From assembly GCF_004010195.1 (NCBI RefSeq), contig NC_057719.1:92362375-92398612 (forward strand): a DNA stretch of 36,238 nucleotides, in the 5' to 3' direction. The notes below the pieces were generated by a model. The model searched no databases. It was not told the origin of the DNA and saw nothing but the letters and a program-made list of their open reading frames with translations. This DNA comes from Chiloscyllium plagiosum (taxonomy: Eukaryota). This document shows, piece after piece, positions 33,642 through 36,238 of this stretch (position 1 is the first letter of the stretch; the number at the start of each line of letters is the position of its first letter). The position numbers and the translations under genes are program-made.

Positions 33642-34697
33642 GTAAAATGTCGGGGGAAGGAGGGAGTGCAGAAGGCATGGACAGTTAGTCAGTTAGCCCT
33701 GGGAGCAGGATCAGCATCACTGGGGGAAGGGCAGAGGGAGAGGGTAGGGAGGGTTTGGGGGAGGGGGTTGAGGGTGGGGTGGGCATTTAGTGCCAGGGAA
33801 TGGGGCAGGGGGGGGAGAGAGAGGGCTATATGGGGAAGGGTAGAGAAGAGGAGATGGTGGAGGGGGATGGGGTCAGGCTAAGGGCGTGGATCCTCCATGA
33901 CCTGTTGGATACTTCTTGACCCTCAGTCCAACCTGTAGCTGATCAACCCTTGTGTTGATAGAAAATGTTCCAAAAGACGGTTTCTTCCATTCTCCTGTGG
34001 ATTATCCTAGAACGTCTTTCAATCCTGGCTCTCCAGACCATTTCCCGCGGTTGCCCCAGTTTGAGGTTTGTAGGCCTCTCTGTCAGAGCTGAGAGATTTG
34101 GAGCCTGTAGGAGAGGGGGAACAGCTCACAACTCACTCGGAATGGACTCAGAGCTTGTGAACCCTCCAGTGTCAGCCTGTGGCCCCATTGGGGGGCAAAC
34201 CCCTGGCCTGGGTCAATCCTGCAAGTGGGTGTTCACCCTGTTTCCCCCCCCACCTTTCTGGACAAACCATCCAGACCCTCACTGTGCCCTTGGTTGCCAC
34301 TGCAGGGAGTCAGTCAGCCCCTGGATGGTGTCAGGAGCAGCTTTGGGCCTTGTTGCAAATTAGCATGGCCCTGTTCTGTTCATTCTGATTGGTCAGGGTT
34401 GGGGAGAAGTGCTAGTATTGTTAGAAGGGCCTGGTCCTTCTCAGCCTCCATTTCCCTCCCCATTTGGACTTTTTGCTTCAGCCTTTACACTCTGGCCTCT
34501 TCCCAACCGTGGGAACGCAACCCTACGTTTTTGACCACTCCCAAGGCTGCATCCATTGCGATGGGGTGGGGAGATCTGGAAGGATAACCAATCAGTAAGC
34601 TATACCCTCTGACCTTTAGTGCCCTTCCAGTGCCCTCCTACCGCCAGTCAGCATCAAGACCTGCCTTCACCCATTCTCTCTATCATTGCTTTAAACT

Positions 34698-35552
34698 GAT
34701 AGATGTCAGAGGTAGTTTCTTTACTCAGAAAGTAGTAGGGGTGTGGAATGCCCTGCCTGCAACTGTGAGAGACTCGCCAACTTTAAGGGCATTTAAATGG
34801 TCATTGGATAAACATATGGACAAGAATGGAATTGTTATGGGCTAGGCCAGACCACTGGAAACATTCTTAAACAGGCAGCCCCAGACCATAACTTTGCAAT
34901 TTGTTTTGGTAAGTGCACGGTGAAAATTACCCAGATTAAGATAGCTCGGTTGACTACTAGATTTTAAAACAGGCAAAAATGTATTCACAAAGTTATGTAA
35001 GGAAATACAAAGAACCCCTACAGAACTCAGTCTATCCAAACGAGACTTCATTATGCTGTTCTGAATACACGCAACAGTCCCAACAAGCAAACTCCCTTTA
35101 AAACCCAGTATAAATGGAACACATGCTTACAGGTTGAAGTTGAAGGGCAGAAAGAGACAGAGAGAGAGAGAGAGAGAGTTTCCACACAGCTCCCTGTTGA
35201 ACTCCCCAGTTCAAGACTGAACTAAACTGCTCAGCTCAGCTCAAGAGCTGACCACTCCCCTCTAAAACGTGACCACTTTGGCCTGAAGTCTCATCTGTTT
35301 ACATATAAACAAAAGGCCTCTCAAAATCCTTTCCATGTCTGCACCGAACCAGACTGATCAGAGCCCGGCCCAGTTTATTACCCCTCTGAAAAAAATCAAG
35401 GACAGAGTCTCCTTGAGTCAAGGAACAGCTTATGGGAAAAAAGGGACAAGATTTGTGACAGAATAGTGTAGGTTAGATGGGCTTCAGATTGGTTCCACAG
35501 GTTGGTGCAACATCGAGGGCCTGTACTGACTGGAATGCTCTATGTTCTATGC
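34698..35552 (+). mobile_element. CR1 3' end split by a solo LTR
   Basis: Encodes DVRGSFFTQKVVGVWNALP...FKWSLDKHMDKNG, then resumes at 35461 with the 3' UTR and a (tatgttc)-type tail. Confidence 0.85.
34833..35460. mobile_element. Solo LTR (628 bp) with 4-bp TSD
   Basis: TGTTAT...GTGACA termini; GAAT is duplicated at 34829-34832 and 35461-35464, and the host CR1 is continuous across it. Confidence 0.85.
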
Positions 35553-35692
35553 TAAATTCATGGTTTTCACCCATATTTTTCAAATACCTCCCTTTTGAAT
35601 GCTCCCACCATCTTGGTGAAATTTCTGCCTCCTTCTAACCCCAGACTCCCTTTGCCCATCAGTTAGGAGAGGTCTTGCTGCTATTATACAGG

Positions 35693-36030
35693 GTTGTTGG
35701 TGAGACCGCACTCTGGAGTATTGTGTGTGCAGTTTGATCTCCTTATCTGAGGAAGACGTTCTGGTGATGGAGGGAGCTGAAAAGTGTGATGCTGGACAAG
35801 CGCAGCAGGTCAGGCAGCATCCAAGGAGCAGGAGAATCGATGTTTCGAGCATAAGCCCTTCGTTGTTGGTGAGACCGCACTCTGGAGTATTGTGTGTGCA
35901 GTTTGATCTCCTTATCTGAGGAAGACGTTCTGGTGATGGAGGGAGCTGAAAAGTGTGATGCTGGACAAGCGCAGCAGGTCAGGCAGCATCCAAGGAGCAG
36001 GAGAATCGATGTTTCGAGCATAAGCCCTTC
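35693..36030. repeat. Exact 169-bp tandem duplication (CR1 fragment plus PLE end)
   Basis: 35693-35861 is identical to 35862-36030 by manual comparison. Confidence 0.92.
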
Positions 36031-36238
36031 TTAAGGAATGAGGAAGGTGTGCCAAGCAGGCTAAGATAAAAGGTAGGGAGGAGGGACTTGGGGGAGGGGC
36101 GTTGGGAATGCGATAGGTGGAAGAAGGTGAAGGTGAGGGTGATAGGCCGGAGAGGGGATGGGGGCGGAGAGGTCGGGAAGAAGATTGCAGGTCAAGAAGG
36201 CGGTGCTGAGTCCGAGGGTTGGGACTGAGATAAGGTGG
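35943..36238 (-). mobile_element. PLE pLTR / 3' region running off the right edge; hammerhead core mutated
   Basis: Homologous to 18973-19284. The minus strand reads auuc-CUUAAGA-a-GGGC-uuau-GCUC-GAAAC-AUC. Confidence 0.82.

Overview
Repeat-dense vertebrate genomic DNA with five N-gaps. The SINE/LINE content (HE1-type tRNA SINEs, CR1 LINEs, Penelope-like elements) points to a cartilaginous fish, probably a shark. The + strand carries five consecutive, phase-compatible internal coding exons of a PLEKHD1-type gene (14152-33641: end of the PH domain and start of the coiled coil). Upstream, at 9847-9955, is a lone first coding exon of a Na+/K+-ATPase beta subunit (ATP1B2-like). It is separated from the PLEKHD1 exons by a 36-bp hairpin satellite and a gap of exactly 500 N, which looks like an unsized scaffold join. 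The most notable non-obvious signal is a set of minimal type-I hammerhead ribozyme motifs carried by short Penelope-like inserts. Three have intact cores in the sense orientation of the PLEKHD1 pre-mRNA: a pair 547 nt apart and one 58 nt upstream of a 3' splice site. The rest is CR1 fragments, SINEs, a solo LTR, an open Penelope RT frame running off the left edge, and minisatellites. Family assignments come from recognition of the sequence, not from database searches.
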